NCBI GenBank assembly: GCA_025058055.1
Contig: JANXEU010000002.1
Span: 23,851-47,850 of the forward strand
Direction of reading: 5' to 3'
Length of the DNA stretch: 24,000 nt
Source: Candidatus Calditenuaceae archaeon
GTDB lineage: Archaea > Thermoproteota > Nitrososphaeria_A > Caldarchaeales > Calditenuaceae
Part shown: positions 7,504 to 15,198 of the stretch, piece after piece
How the letters are laid out: every line of letters starts with the position of its first letter
Position numbering within the stretch: the first letter of the stretch is position 1
Notes under the pieces: generated by a model
Told to the model about the DNA's origin: nothing
The model's database searches: none
What the model saw: only the letters and a program-made list of their open reading frames with translations
Program-made: the position numbers and the translations under genes

Positions 7504-8061
7504 CTAGCAGTCGACGTAGGAGGCCGACTCGTTCGTGAACCTCTCGTCATGTGCGTCGACGATGATGCCGAAGGATGTGGAGCGGTCAGCTAGTAAGAAA
7601 GAGGTTTTGCCATCGGGTGTGATTGCGACGGCCCCTCTCCAAGCCTTGTCCATCAAAGCAACTTTGGCGCCTATTTTGACGGTTGCCCGTATCGCGTCTC
7701 CTGCGTTGCTTGGTGCGCCTACCGTCCATTCCTTACTGGAAGAGTTTGGCAAATGTTTTTCACACATCTCTAGGCTGTATTCGAAACCGCCGCTGGCCAG
7801 CAGAACACCTTCACGGGCCAGAACCCTGACAGGCGTTCCTTGACTGAGGACGACAGCCCTTACCACACGGCCCTTTTCCGTGACCAGCTGCCTAAGAGGC
7901 GACTCAAGCCAAACCTCGACACCCTTCTTCAGACAAGGATAAAGAAGCTGGCCTTTGAGCGAGCCTCCCATGGTCAACGGTACACGGCCTGTCAAGCCGT
8001 AGACGATGAGCTGCGCGCCGAGGCGTAGGAAAGCATTCATGCCTGTGGAGCTTCTGGCGAG
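7504..8061 (-). pseudogene. Internal fragment of an FAD-dependent dehydrogenase (3-ketosteroid dehydrogenase / fumarate reductase flavoprotein-like)
   Basis: Part of ORF 7504-8328. The segment VEVWLESPLRQLVTEKGRVVRAVV...VLLASGGFEYSLEMCEKHLP...EWTVGAPSNAGDAIRATVKIGA.VALMDKAW...IIVDAHDERFTNESASYVD matches the middle of KstD-like flavoproteins. It lacks the N-terminal GxGxxG FAD-binding region and the C-terminal third. Confidence 0.6.
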
Positions 8062-8070
8062 AAACTTTTT

Positions 8071-8169
8071 CCAAGCCTTGTTGGAGGCTGTGGAGGCGGC
8101 AGGCTTAAGATCCATAAGTGGGAGACCTGCTCCCGAAGGAGTTCGTGGGTTCGAATCCCACCCCCCGCA
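8071..8169 (+). pseudogene. tRNA-Leu(UAA)-like remnant lacking the 5' acceptor strand, with canonical-position intron
   Basis: D-arm-like CCAAGCCTTGTTGGAGGC (8071-8088) is followed by a 9-nt near-duplication. Anticodon stem is GCAGG (8099-8103)/CCTGC (8126-8130) with loop CTTAAG|A, anticodon TAA at 8106-8108. A 15-nt insert lies at 8110-8124 (position 37/38). Variable arm is TCCCGAAGGAGTTC (8131-8144). T arm and 3' acceptor are identical to tRNA-Leu(GAG). No GCGGGGG 5' strand is present (GAAACTTTTT instead). Confidence 0.5.
8141..8169 (+). repeat. Right copy of 29-bp direct repeat (putative attR core)
   Basis: Identical to 3762-3790. Confidence 0.9.
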
Positions 8170-8436
8170 CACCGACAGACGTTCTCGCAATTTTTCGGGA
8201 TCGGTGAGGAAGAACAGTGGTATGACGTTGAAGCTGCGGTGACTGCACCAAGGATTTGACGCGTTCCGTGCCCTTGAGGGCGCTTTCGGAAAGTAGTCAG
8301 TCTTACAGATCCCTGCTCTCATTTGCAAGCTTCTACCCTCTCTCCGAGAGGTTGGAGCGGACTCTTTAGGGGCGTTCGATCTCCCCGAACGTCAGAGTTA
8401 CACATTTACGGAACCGGATGGCTATGGTCATCAGAG

Positions 8437-9105
8437 ATGCTTGACTGCTTACTGCTAGACCTCGACGGGACCGTCGTTGAGTTCCCGCGCGAGTGGATCT
8501 ACAAGGCGAAAGAGGAGAGCATCAGGAGGCTCTCCGAACGCGGGCTCAGAATACCCGAGGAGATAGATTTGACCAGACCGCTCTCGGTCATACTTGAAGA
8601 AGTTCGTCGACTGAACGGTCCGTCGATAGAAGGAGAGGTGATGAGGATCATCGATGCGACCTTCAAGCGCTACGAGTGCGCGGCCGCGGAGCGCGCTGTC
8701 CCGAGGAAGTGGGTAAAGGAGGAGCTGAGCAAGTTGAACGGATCGCTCAAGGTAGCCATCGCGACCAACAATTCAAGAGATGCGGCCGTCAGAACTCTTG
8801 AGATCGCAGGGATATCGAACATGGTCAAGTGCGTCGTTTCTAGAGACGACGTGAACAGCATGAAACCCGACCCCCACATGCTTCTGAGGGCCATAAGACT
8901 CTGCAGCTCCACGATAAACGCCTCGCTGTACGTTGGGGACTCGATAGTCGACGTCTTAGCGGCCAGATCCATCGGAATACCGGTGATCCTAGTGCTCGGA
9001 GGGATAGCGAAGCCCGAGGACCTGAAGACCGTGAGACCTCACTTCGTTGCAGACGACTTCAGGGAAGTCTCCAGGCTGATCTCCGTACTAATGAACGGGC
9101 GGTGA
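8437..9105 (+). CDS. HAD-superfamily hydrolase (phosphoglycolate phosphatase-like subfamily IA)
   Basis: ATG at 8437 gives MLDCLLLDLDGTVVEF (motif I DxDGT). Also present are VAIATNNSR (motif II), K..PDP (motif III) and YVGDSIVDV (motif IV). The ORF-track start at 8323 adds a non-homologous extension. Confidence 0.8.
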   Translation: MLDCLLLDLDGTVVEFPREWIYKAKEESIRRLSERGLRIPEEIDLTRPLSVILEEVRRLNGPSIEGEVMRIIDATFKRYECAAAERAVPRKWVKEELSKLNGSLKVAIATNNSRDAAVRTLEIAGISNMVKCVVSRDDVNSMKPDPHMLLRAIRLCSSTINASLYVGDSIVDVLAARSIGIPVILVLGGIAKPEDLKTVRPHFVADDFREVSRLISVLMNGR

Positions 9106-9261
9106 CCGTTTAAGCACCTGTCTGTGCAAGACCTCGCCGACTTAATGCTGCTCCTCTCCAATCCCCTTGACACCTACATGCATGGTGGTGACGCATCAGG
9201 CGTTGGAAGTTTGAAGCCGCTTAGCGGCATGTCCATGACCGGTAGCTGGGACTTGTTGAGG

Positions 9262-9276
9262 TTTTATTCATAATAA
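9262..9276 (+). promoter_or_regulatory. TATA-like box upstream of the FAD oxidoreductase gene
   Basis: TTTTATTCATAATAA is centred about 32 nt upstream of the ATG at 9300. Confidence 0.3.
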
Positions 9277-9299
9277 CCACCGTTGCGTGATCGGAAACG

Positions 9300-10313
9300 A
9301 TGATGGTGACCGTCGCCGGAGGGGGAATCGCAGGGAGCTACCTCGCCAACCTCCTCTCCGGAGACCACGATGTCCACGTGTTGGAGAGGCAGAGGCCTGA
9401 CGGCTTCAGGGCGGTTTGCGCGTGGGGCACTAGCTATCACGAGATGAGGCGGTTGCTCGAGGTGGTAGACGTGGAGTTCGACGATTACGTCCTTCACGTG
9501 GGTAAGAAGATGATCATAGACCTCGGCCAAGACACAGTCGATGTTCCTCTGATGGGGCTCTGCACTTTCGATAAGAGGAAGTTGATTCTGGACCTGCACA
9601 GACGCATCAAGGTGTTCTACGGAGTAGAGGTGAAGAGGTCCGAGGACCTGAGGGGAGATCTTGTGATCGATGCGACTGGTTTCCACAGGGTACTGCTCCC
9701 GAGGCTTGCGAGGGACTACTATATTCCGACGCTCGAGTACCTAGTGAAGTACAGAGAACCACCGATCGATGACTTCTACGTGAAGCCAATAAAGCCCCTG
9801 TCCGGATACTTCTGGTACTTCCCTCTGGGAAACGGGTTGGCACACGTTGGCGCGGGCGACTTCTATAAACGTCACATGCAGGTACTCGACGAGTTCGTCT
9901 CGAGACACGGCGGCGAGGTCCTTAGCAGAATCGGTAGACCGGTGAGGATAACACCGCCTCACATGACCAAACCATTCAACGACGGATCCGTCTTTGGTGT
10001 TGGTGAGAGCATCGGCGCTGTGTACCCTGTGTTAGGGGAAGGGATCATCCCGGGCATGCAGTCCGCGGAGATCTTCTACAGGCTACTGAGCAGTTCAAGG
10101 CTTCACGATTACGAAAGGGAACTTATGGACTTCTTCAGGCCCTACTATTTGGCGTTTCAGTTCATCAGGAAGAAGATCCGGAGAGAGTACAGAACGATAC
10201 CCGACGCTAAACTACTCTTAGACGTCTTCATTCACATGAAGCGAAACGAGCAAAGGTACGGCATGAAGATCAGGTTGAGAGACTGGCTGAAGGTCGTCAG
10301 GACTTACGGTTGA
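9300..10313 (+). CDS. NAD(P)/FAD-dependent oxidoreductase, geranylgeranyl-reductase-like
   Basis: 337 aa. The N-terminal dinucleotide fold is VTVAGGGIAGSYLANLL...VHVLER, with VIDATG downstream. Size and layout resemble the GGR/FixC family. Specific substrate is unknown. Confidence 0.65.
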   Translation: MMVTVAGGGIAGSYLANLLSGDHDVHVLERQRPDGFRAVCAWGTSYHEMRRLLEVVDVEFDDYVLHVGKKMIIDLGQDTVDVPLMGLCTFDKRKLILDLHRRIKVFYGVEVKRSEDLRGDLVIDATGFHRVLLPRLARDYYIPTLEYLVKYREPPIDDFYVKPIKPLSGYFWYFPLGNGLAHVGAGDFYKRHMQVLDEFVSRHGGEVLSRIGRPVRITPPHMTKPFNDGSVFGVGESIGAVYPVLGEGIIPGMQSAEIFYRLLSSSRLHDYERELMDFFRPYYLAFQFIRKKIRREYRTIPDAKLLLDVFIHMKRNEQRYGMKIRLRDWLKVVRTYG

Positions 10314-10434
10314 GTTCGATAGAACGTGCCACATCTTCCTGAACCTCTCCTGAAGTGAGCGTGCTTGAACGGGCCTGTACCGCCTTACGTCTTGGAGCTG
10401 TAACGTTGAAAAACGGCTTCTAGATCCCACTGAG

Positions 10435-10509
10435 GGGCCCGTGGCCTAGCATGGATAGGGCGCCGGCCTGCGGAGCCGGAGGTCCCGGGTTCGAGTCCCG
10501 GCGGGCCCG
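10435..10509 (+). tRNA. tRNA-Arg(GCG)
   Basis: Acceptor GGGCCCG (10435-10441)/CGGGCCC (10502-10508), discriminator G. Anticodon stem CCGGC/GCCGG with loop CTGCGGA, anticodon GCG at 10470-10472. T arm CCGGG-TTCGAGT-CCCGG. No intron. Confidence 0.9.
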
Positions 10510-10556
10510 ATATGCAGCACACCGGTTTAGGAGGGTCTGATGTATGGCTCTCAGAC

Positions 10557-11588
10557 TTATTCCGTCAGTTCTATGACCACACGATCTATGCACAATTTCG
10601 CTACGTCGACGAAGTCCTCTGACCTCGACAAAGGCGCTAGTATCAGGTATCTGGCTCCTGCGTTAACGTATTCCTGCAGCATGTCCACGCAATCCCTCGG
10701 CGTCCCGATGATCGCAACCCTCCTTTCGACCAGCTCTTCCAGCTTCATGTCTAACTTCTGGGCCGACAGGAAGACCCTTTCACCGATTTCCCTGTCGAGG
10801 GGGACGTTCTTCCAGACGTTGAACTCCGGTACCTCGGTGGTCAGGTACAACACCTTCGCTGGAAGAAGGAACTTCCTTTCGAGAGCTGTGCGGTCGATGT
10901 CCACGCCGACGTACACGAAGGCTGCCGGAACGATGTTCTCCGGATCTCTACCCACCTCTGACGCCACCTGACGGATCGACCGGAGCCTTCGTTCGTAATC
11001 GCCTGGCTCACCAACGATCGGGATCCAACCGTCACCCAATTCACCGACTAGCCTCAAGGATCTAGGTGAGTTCGCACCGATCCATATCGGAGGATGCGGT
11101 CTCTGGACCGGCTTCAGGTCCAGTATCGCGTTCGTGAACTTAACGAATTCGCCGTTGTAGTCCACCCGATCGAGGGTCCACAACAACTTGATCGCCTGTA
11201 CGACCTCTGTCATCCTCGAGACGGGACGGTCCCATTCGACGTGGAAAGGCGTTAGGTTCATCGCCTCACCAGCACCCATCCCGAGGACGGCCCTACCCTG
11301 CGACAGAACGTCGACGGTAGCCACGATCTGTGCCAGAGTCTCTGGATGTCTTCTGTGGGGATCCGAGACCGAGGTGCCTAGCCTGATCCTCTGTGTCTTG
11401 ACCGCCAGCGCCGCGAGCATTGTCCAAGCGTCCACGGCCGCGAACCTCCTGATACCGAAGGCCACCACGTGATCCGCTAGCCAGAGGCCGTCTAATCCAG
11501 ACGACTCACAGAGCTCCGCCGCCCTGAATATCACTTCAGGTGGGTAAAGGTTCGGGGCGAGACCGATCTTCACCAAGTCACACTTCAC
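10557..11588 (-). CDS. LLM-class (luciferase-like) flavin/F420-dependent oxidoreductase
   Basis: 343 aa. Contains GLDGLWLADHV, a TIM-barrel LLM-type pattern (LGTSV, LGMGAGE, PPIWIGANSPR) and a C-terminal GTP..C...L.EY..AG segment. Confidence 0.8.
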   Translation of the reverse strand: MKCDLVKIGLAPNLYPPEVIFRAAELCESSGLDGLWLADHVVAFGIRRFAAVDAWTMLAALAVKTQRIRLGTSVSDPHRRHPETLAQIVATVDVLSQGRAVLGMGAGEAMNLTPFHVEWDRPVSRMTEVVQAIKLLWTLDRVDYNGEFVKFTNAILDLKPVQRPHPPIWIGANSPRSLRLVGELGDGWIPIVGEPGDYERRLRSIRQVASEVGRDPENIVPAAFVYVGVDIDRTALERKFLLPAKVLYLTTEVPEFNVWKNVPLDREIGERVFLSAQKLDMKLEELVERRVAIIGTPRDCVDMLQEYVNAGARYLILAPLSRSEDFVDVAKLCIDRVVIELTE

Positions 11589-11733
11589 CGTCCTCCTTGA
11601 CGGGCTGGAAAAGGTCGATCGAACAGAAAGCCTTTCGTGATTTCGCGTGGACCTCTTGAGCGAGCCTGACCAACTCTTGACGGAGCAAGGGGCATCGATC
11701 GCTCGGGCGTTTCCTATCCGTTCACAACAGCCA

Positions 11734-12045
11734 CTAGATGACCTCGATTCTATCGACTGGGATGCCGTAGACCTCCGAGAGGATCCTCGGCACCTTGTCC
11801 CTTTGGTCGCCCTGAAGGATAATGACGCCGTTCTTTACGGCCCCTCCGCAGGCGCACCTCGTCTTCAGCTCGGAGACCATCTCGTCCAAGTCCACGTCAG
11901 CGCCCTCGAACCCCTCGACGACGGTCACCTGCTTGTTCCACTTCTTCGTCTCCAGCCTTATCTTGATCTTCTGCATCTCATACGTGATCGTTTGGCAGAC
12001 GCAGAGGCTCCTAGGAAGCCCACAGGTTGGGCACGAATCCACCAT
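11734..12045 (-). CDS. Translation initiation factor aSUI1 (aIF1)
   Basis: 103 aa. N-terminal zinc knuckle CPTCGLPRSLCVC is followed by the SUI1 fold KIKIRLETKKWNKQVTVVEGF...LKTRCACGGAVKNGVIILQGDQRDKV. A TATA-like TTTTAAG (plus strand 12073-12079) lies about 30 nt upstream. Confidence 0.9.
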   Translation of the reverse strand: MVDSCPTCGLPRSLCVCQTITYEMQKIKIRLETKKWNKQVTVVEGFEGADVDLDEMVSELKTRCACGGAVKNGVIILQGDQRDKVPRILSEVYGIPVDRIEVI

Positions 12046-12137
12046 TACTTCACGATCTCATCGCATTACCTACTTAAAAGTCTTTAGTGGTCAACGGTTC
12101 ATAGGGCCGCGCTTTCAGGACGTTCGCGGACGGTGAG

Positions 12138-12911
12138 GTGAGCGAGTTGAGGAGGGCCGAGGTGGCTGTGGTGATACCGACATACAACGAGGCCGGAAAC
12201 ATCGGAGCCACGGTCCGAAGAGTGATTGATGTGGCAACGCGCGCGGACTTGGAGTGCAGGGTAGTGGTGGTCGACGACAACAGCCCCGATGGCACGTCTG
12301 AGGTGGTGAGGGGGCTTGCCGAGGAGCTGGGCTGCGTGGAACTCCTGGTGAGGCCTAGAAGGCTGGGTATAGGGAGCGCATACGTCGACGGTTTCAGGTA
12401 CGCCCTCGAGAGGTTCCGAGGACTTAAGGTGGTCGTGGAGATGGACGCGGACGGCAGCCACGACGCAGCCTATCTCCCCTCCCTGGTAACGCCGGTGCTC
12501 TCGGGAGCGGCAGAGGTGGCGATCGGATCGAGGTACGTGGGAGGAGGGTCATGGGAGGGGGGGCAGGCCTTCAGACAACTGATCAGCAGAGGGGCCAACT
12601 TTCTTACGAGGATCTGCACTGGCCTGCGCGTCAGGGACGCTACCAGCGGGTTCAGGGCCATGTCATCGGACCTCCTGAGTAGATGCGCCACTTCGCTCAG
12701 GGCATCGAGCAAGGGATATGTCTTCCAAGTGGAGAGCCTCGCGACCTACGTCTCGTTCGGCGCGCGGGTTGTCGAGGTGCCCATATCCTTCAAGCCGAGG
12801 TCCTCAGGGAAGAGCAAGCTGAGGGTACGTGACGTGGTGGTCTTCGCGGCCTGGAACCTCGAGTTCCTCATCAGAAGGACGTTGACGTCGCTCAGGCGAT
12901 CGCTCACATGA
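12138..12911 (+). CDS. Dolichol/polyprenol-phosphate mannosyltransferase-like GT2 glycosyltransferase
   Basis: Contains VVIPTYNEAGNI, VVVVDDNSPDGT, GLGSAY..G and EMDADGSHD, typical of Dpm1/GT2. GTG start is uncertain. Its 3' end overlaps the convergent PAC2 gene by 8 nt. Confidence 0.85.
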   Translation: MSELRRAEVAVVIPTYNEAGNIGATVRRVIDVATRADLECRVVVVDDNSPDGTSEVVRGLAEELGCVELLVRPRRLGIGSAYVDGFRYALERFRGLKVVVEMDADGSHDAAYLPSLVTPVLSGAAEVAIGSRYVGGGSWEGGQAFRQLISRGANFLTRICTGLRVRDATSGFRAMSSDLLSRCATSLRASSKGYVFQVESLATYVSFGARVVEVPISFKPRSSGKSKLRVRDVVVFAAWNLEFLIRRTLTSLRRSLT

Positions 12912-13620
12912 CGCCCGGAGGCCCTCCTCTCCACGCTCCTCTCCTCAGGGCACGCTCGGCCTTGAGCCTAGCTATCTCCTCATCTAGCTCGTGGAGGTTC
13001 AGTTCAACTTGAACGACCGAGGCGAGGACACGAAGAACGGCCCTAGCAGCGCTTGGCTGCCTGACCCTCGGGTTGTCGATCTCACCGAGGAGACACAGAC
13101 CCTCCATCTGTCTCTCCATCGCGAGCCCGTGTATGAGGCCGTTGAACCCGGTGATGTAACCCTCGTCCATGAGAGGTATCGAGCCAGCCTTCTCGGCGAG
13201 GTCACAGAGCCTCACCGAGGTCGCGGCGTAGAAGACCCTCGGGTCGTCGATCCGAGTCTCTCCCGTGTGAGCGGCACCGAGTGAGATAACAGTCTCCACG
13301 CCGACTGACTGAGCCAAGTCTAACACCTCCTCGCAGAGCTCGAAGAGCGCGGTGCTCTCAGGTGGCTGGTAGTTTCCTGTGAACGTTATGAAGTCATATC
13401 CGTCGCGACCCAGCAGCTTGTACCATCCTCTCTCGAAGGTGATCGTGCGGCCCCTGTGTATCACGAACGGTGGCCACTCTCCGGTGGCGGTCGCGAGCTC
13501 CTCTAGGCCGCAGGACTTGATGAGGTGCTCCATCGCGATTCCGGCTACGTTTCCCATGTCGGGAAGGGCCGCGACCATCACCCTCGTTCTCGGGATTACG
13601 CTCCTTACTTTGAACTCCAT
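12904..13620 (-). CDS. PAC2 (proteasome assembly chaperone 2-like) family protein
   Basis: Contains LPDMGNVAGIAMEHLI..., GAAHTG, GFNGL.HG and a C-terminal coiled segment, fitting the archaeal PAC2/COG1938-type family. I moved the start to ATG 13620 because the TATA-like AAAATTATAG (plus strand 13645-13653) abuts the ORF-track GTG start at 13644. Confidence 0.6.
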   Translation of the reverse strand: MEFKVRSVIPRTRVMVAALPDMGNVAGIAMEHLIKSCGLEELATATGEWPPFVIHRGRTITFERGWYKLLGRDGYDFITFTGNYQPPESTALFELCEEVLDLAQSVGVETVISLGAAHTGETRIDDPRVFYAATSVRLCDLAEKAGSIPLMDEGYITGFNGLIHGLAMERQMEGLCLLGEIDNPRVRQPSAARAVLRVLASVVQVELNLHELDEEIARLKAERALRRGAWRGGPPGVM

Positions 13621-13733
13621 CCTGAAGTTAGGAGAGCCGCCCACTATAATTTTCTGATGCTCGAATCCGGATGCGTTTTGGTCACTAGGGTGAGCGGAGA
13701 ACGTTTTAGACCACGAGGCGAGGAGAGACGTCG

Positions 13734-14132
13734 ATGGGTGTGAAGTTGAGGAAGTCCGAGCTGAGCTTCCTAGAGAGGATGGAGCTCTGCAGGCTCGCCA
13801 CCGTCGACGGACAGGGAAGGCCTCATGTCGTTCCGATCTGCTACGTCTTAATGGACGGAGCGTTCTACATGGTTACCGACATAGGTACGAGAAAGCACCG
13901 AAACTTGCAGCAGAACCCCTACGCGGCCCTCGTCGTGGATGTCTACAAGCCCAACAGGGCCGTGATGGTGGAGGGCAAGGTAGAGCTGCTGACCTCGGGT
14001 GAGGAGTTCAGGCGGGTCTCGAAGGTCTTCTACGAGCGGTTCGATTGGGCGAGACGCGACTTCTGGGACGAGGGCGAGGTCGTTATGATCAAGCTGGTGC
14101 CGGAGAGGAAAGCGAGCTGGGGACTCAGGTGA
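13734..14132 (+). CDS. Pyridoxamine 5'-phosphate oxidase (PPOX) family FMN-binding split-barrel protein
   Basis: 132 aa. The pattern CRLATVDGQGRPHVVPICYV..DG.FY.....GTRKHRNL..NP.AALVVD is typical of the PNPOx-like family. Confidence 0.75.
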   Translation: MGVKLRKSELSFLERMELCRLATVDGQGRPHVVPICYVLMDGAFYMVTDIGTRKHRNLQQNPYAALVVDVYKPNRAVMVEGKVELLTSGEEFRRVSKVFYERFDWARRDFWDEGEVVMIKLVPERKASWGLR

Positions 14133-14213
14133 CCGCGCAATCAGAGAGCCGGTGAAGCCACTTGAGGATGCGAAACGTAGATTAGAAGTCATCAAGGGAA
14201 ACCTGCGGAAGAG

Positions 14214-14285
14214 GCCCCGGTAGCTCAGCGGTAGAGCGCCGGCCTTGTAAGCCGGTGGTCGAGGGTTCGAATCCCTCCCGGGGCT
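14214..14285 (+). tRNA. tRNA-Thr(UGU)
   Basis: Acceptor GCCCCGG/CCGGGGC, discriminator U. D arm GCTC-AGCGGTA-GAGC. Anticodon stem CCGGC/GCCGG with loop CTTGTAA (anticodon TGT). T arm GAGGG-TTCGAAT-CCCTC. 72 nt, no intron. Confidence 0.9.
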
Positions 14286-14511
14286 TCGCGGGAGAACCGT
14301 CATCACGAGTCGGGTCGGAGAAGGAGGTAACGGACTGTCCCGCTCCTCTGACCCATCTGAGGAGAGAGCTCTCAGGACCAGCGGAGACTGAGGACTAAAC
14401 AGCTCCGTTTCAGAGGTACGGCTTTCGGACTCGTGAGGCTTGTCCTAACTCGGAGCGTCCGCGTGGATGTCATGAGAGGCGGAACCGATGCAGTCCGTGA
14501 ACTCTCATCGA

Positions 14512-15198
14512 CTAGTCCTGTGAGGACGACAGACTCAGTAAAAACGCGGCGAGCCGCTCGGCGTTGTCTCGCAGCGAGTTGGGTTCGTTGATGACCCAGA
14601 TCACCTCGGCTCTCGAGCTGGTGGCGAACTCCCTGTATCCCTCCCTAACGAGCTCCTGGAAAATCGTGACGTCCTCAAGGAACCCCTTCTTTCTCCCTCT
14701 CGAGACTCGAGCGAGTCTCTCGCGCTCCTCAACATCGACGATCACGTAGACGTCCGTGTTAAGCAACGTCCCTCTCCCAAGCTCCTCCACCACCTCGATG
14801 AGTCTCGATGCCGTCACATCGCTGGAGACGCCTCTGTACTTGATGTAAGCCAGCCCGAAGACCACCGAACAGAGGTAGTACCTGTCGATGAGGAGGTAAT
14901 CAGCTCCTGCTCTCCTAACTGCACCCTTCATCACTTGAGAGTCCTCGACGGTGTTGGCCAAGAACAGCAGCATCCTCGTCAGCGGCGAGATGCCTCTCCG
15001 GTTGCCGTAACCGACCGCGAAGGCGCCTGTCTTAGTCCTGCTGGGCGTCTTGTAAGTTACGACGACCTTCTCTCTCGCGCGCAGCATCTGAGCGGTGAGC
15101 CTAAGCAGCGACGTCTTGCCGGAACCGTCGGTTCCCTCGAAGACGGTCACTACGCACTTCTTATCACCGAGGTCGATCAAATCTCCTGAGGCCTCCAC
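14512..15198 (-). CDS. Thymidylate kinase-like P-loop kinase
   Basis: 228 aa. P-loop is VFEGTDGSGKTS and a DRY-type motif LIDRYYLCS is present, with an arginine-rich LID-like segment (RVSRGRKKG). Its start overlaps the cbf5 3' end by 22 nt. Exact substrate is uncertain. Confidence 0.6.
   Translation of the reverse strand: MEASGDLIDLGDKKCVVTVFEGTDGSGKTSLLRLTAQMLRAREKVVVTYKTPSRTKTGAFAVGYGNRRGISPLTRMLLFLANTVEDSQVMKGAVRRAGADYLLIDRYYLCSVVFGLAYIKYRGVSSDVTASRLIEVVEELGRGTLLNTDVYVIVDVEERERLARVSRGRKKGFLEDVTIFQELVREGYREFATSSRAEVIWVINEPNSLRDNAERLAAFLLSLSSSQD

Larger units (their letters stand above)
3791..8140. mobile_element. Decayed integrated element / genomic island at tRNA-Leu (no integrase detected)
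   Basis: Bracketed by the 29-bp direct repeat. Hand-counted 60-nt lines give 40-45% GC inside (lines 5461 and 6661) versus 58-68% outside (lines 12481 and 20401). Codon usage is A/T-rich. Gene content is accessory and includes truncated genes. Confidence 0.55.

Noticed and set aside
3791-8140. Search for an integrase or SSV-type split integrase halves reading across the 29-bp repeats
   Set aside because: Translations across both repeats (for example GGWDSNPRTP on the minus strand and GVRGFESHPPH on the plus strand) are just tRNA sequence read as protein. No R..HxxR..Y-type recombinase segments were recognised anywhere in the island, so no integrase is claimed.
8062-8328. N-terminal ~90 aa of the 274-aa ORF 7504-8328
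   Set aside because: This part reads antisense through the tRNA-Leu remnant and host flank. Only 7504-8061 shows flavoprotein similarity, so the long ORF is treated as a chimera.
8366-8384. Inverted repeat CGTTCG-N7-CGAACG within GGGGCGTTCGATCTCCCC, superficially T-arm-like
   Set aside because: The loop size and stem do not fit a tRNA T arm, and there is no adjoining acceptor sequence. It is probably a chance hairpin in the flank.
8323-8436. ORF-track N-terminal extension of the HAD hydrolase
   Set aside because: HAD motif I (DLDGT) must lie near the N-terminus. ATG 8437 gives the canonical layout, and the extension has no similarity to anything and contains the likely promoter.
11647-12136. 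146-aa and 104-aa plus-strand ORFs
   Set aside because: They are antisense to the well-supported aSUI1 gene.
13848-14306. 152-aa minus-strand ORF
   Set aside because: It overlaps PPOX antisense and reads through tRNA-Thr; its GRDSNPRPPAYKAGALPLSYRG segment is antisense tRNA. Spurious.
14286-14511. 226-nt ORF-free GC-rich spacer considered as a structured ncRNA or C/D-box sRNA. It has long-range complementarities TCACGAGTC (14303-14311)/GACTCGTGA (14428-14436) and ACGGACTG/CAGTCCGT, a GAGAGCTCTC palindrome and repeated CTGAGGA.
   Set aside because: The two long-range pairings cross each other. Matches of 8-9 bp are expected by chance at about this frequency in 220 nt. There is no plus-strand C box (RUGAUGA), and the only minus-strand GTGATGA would run into tRNA-Thr. 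It is not supportable without expression or covariation data.
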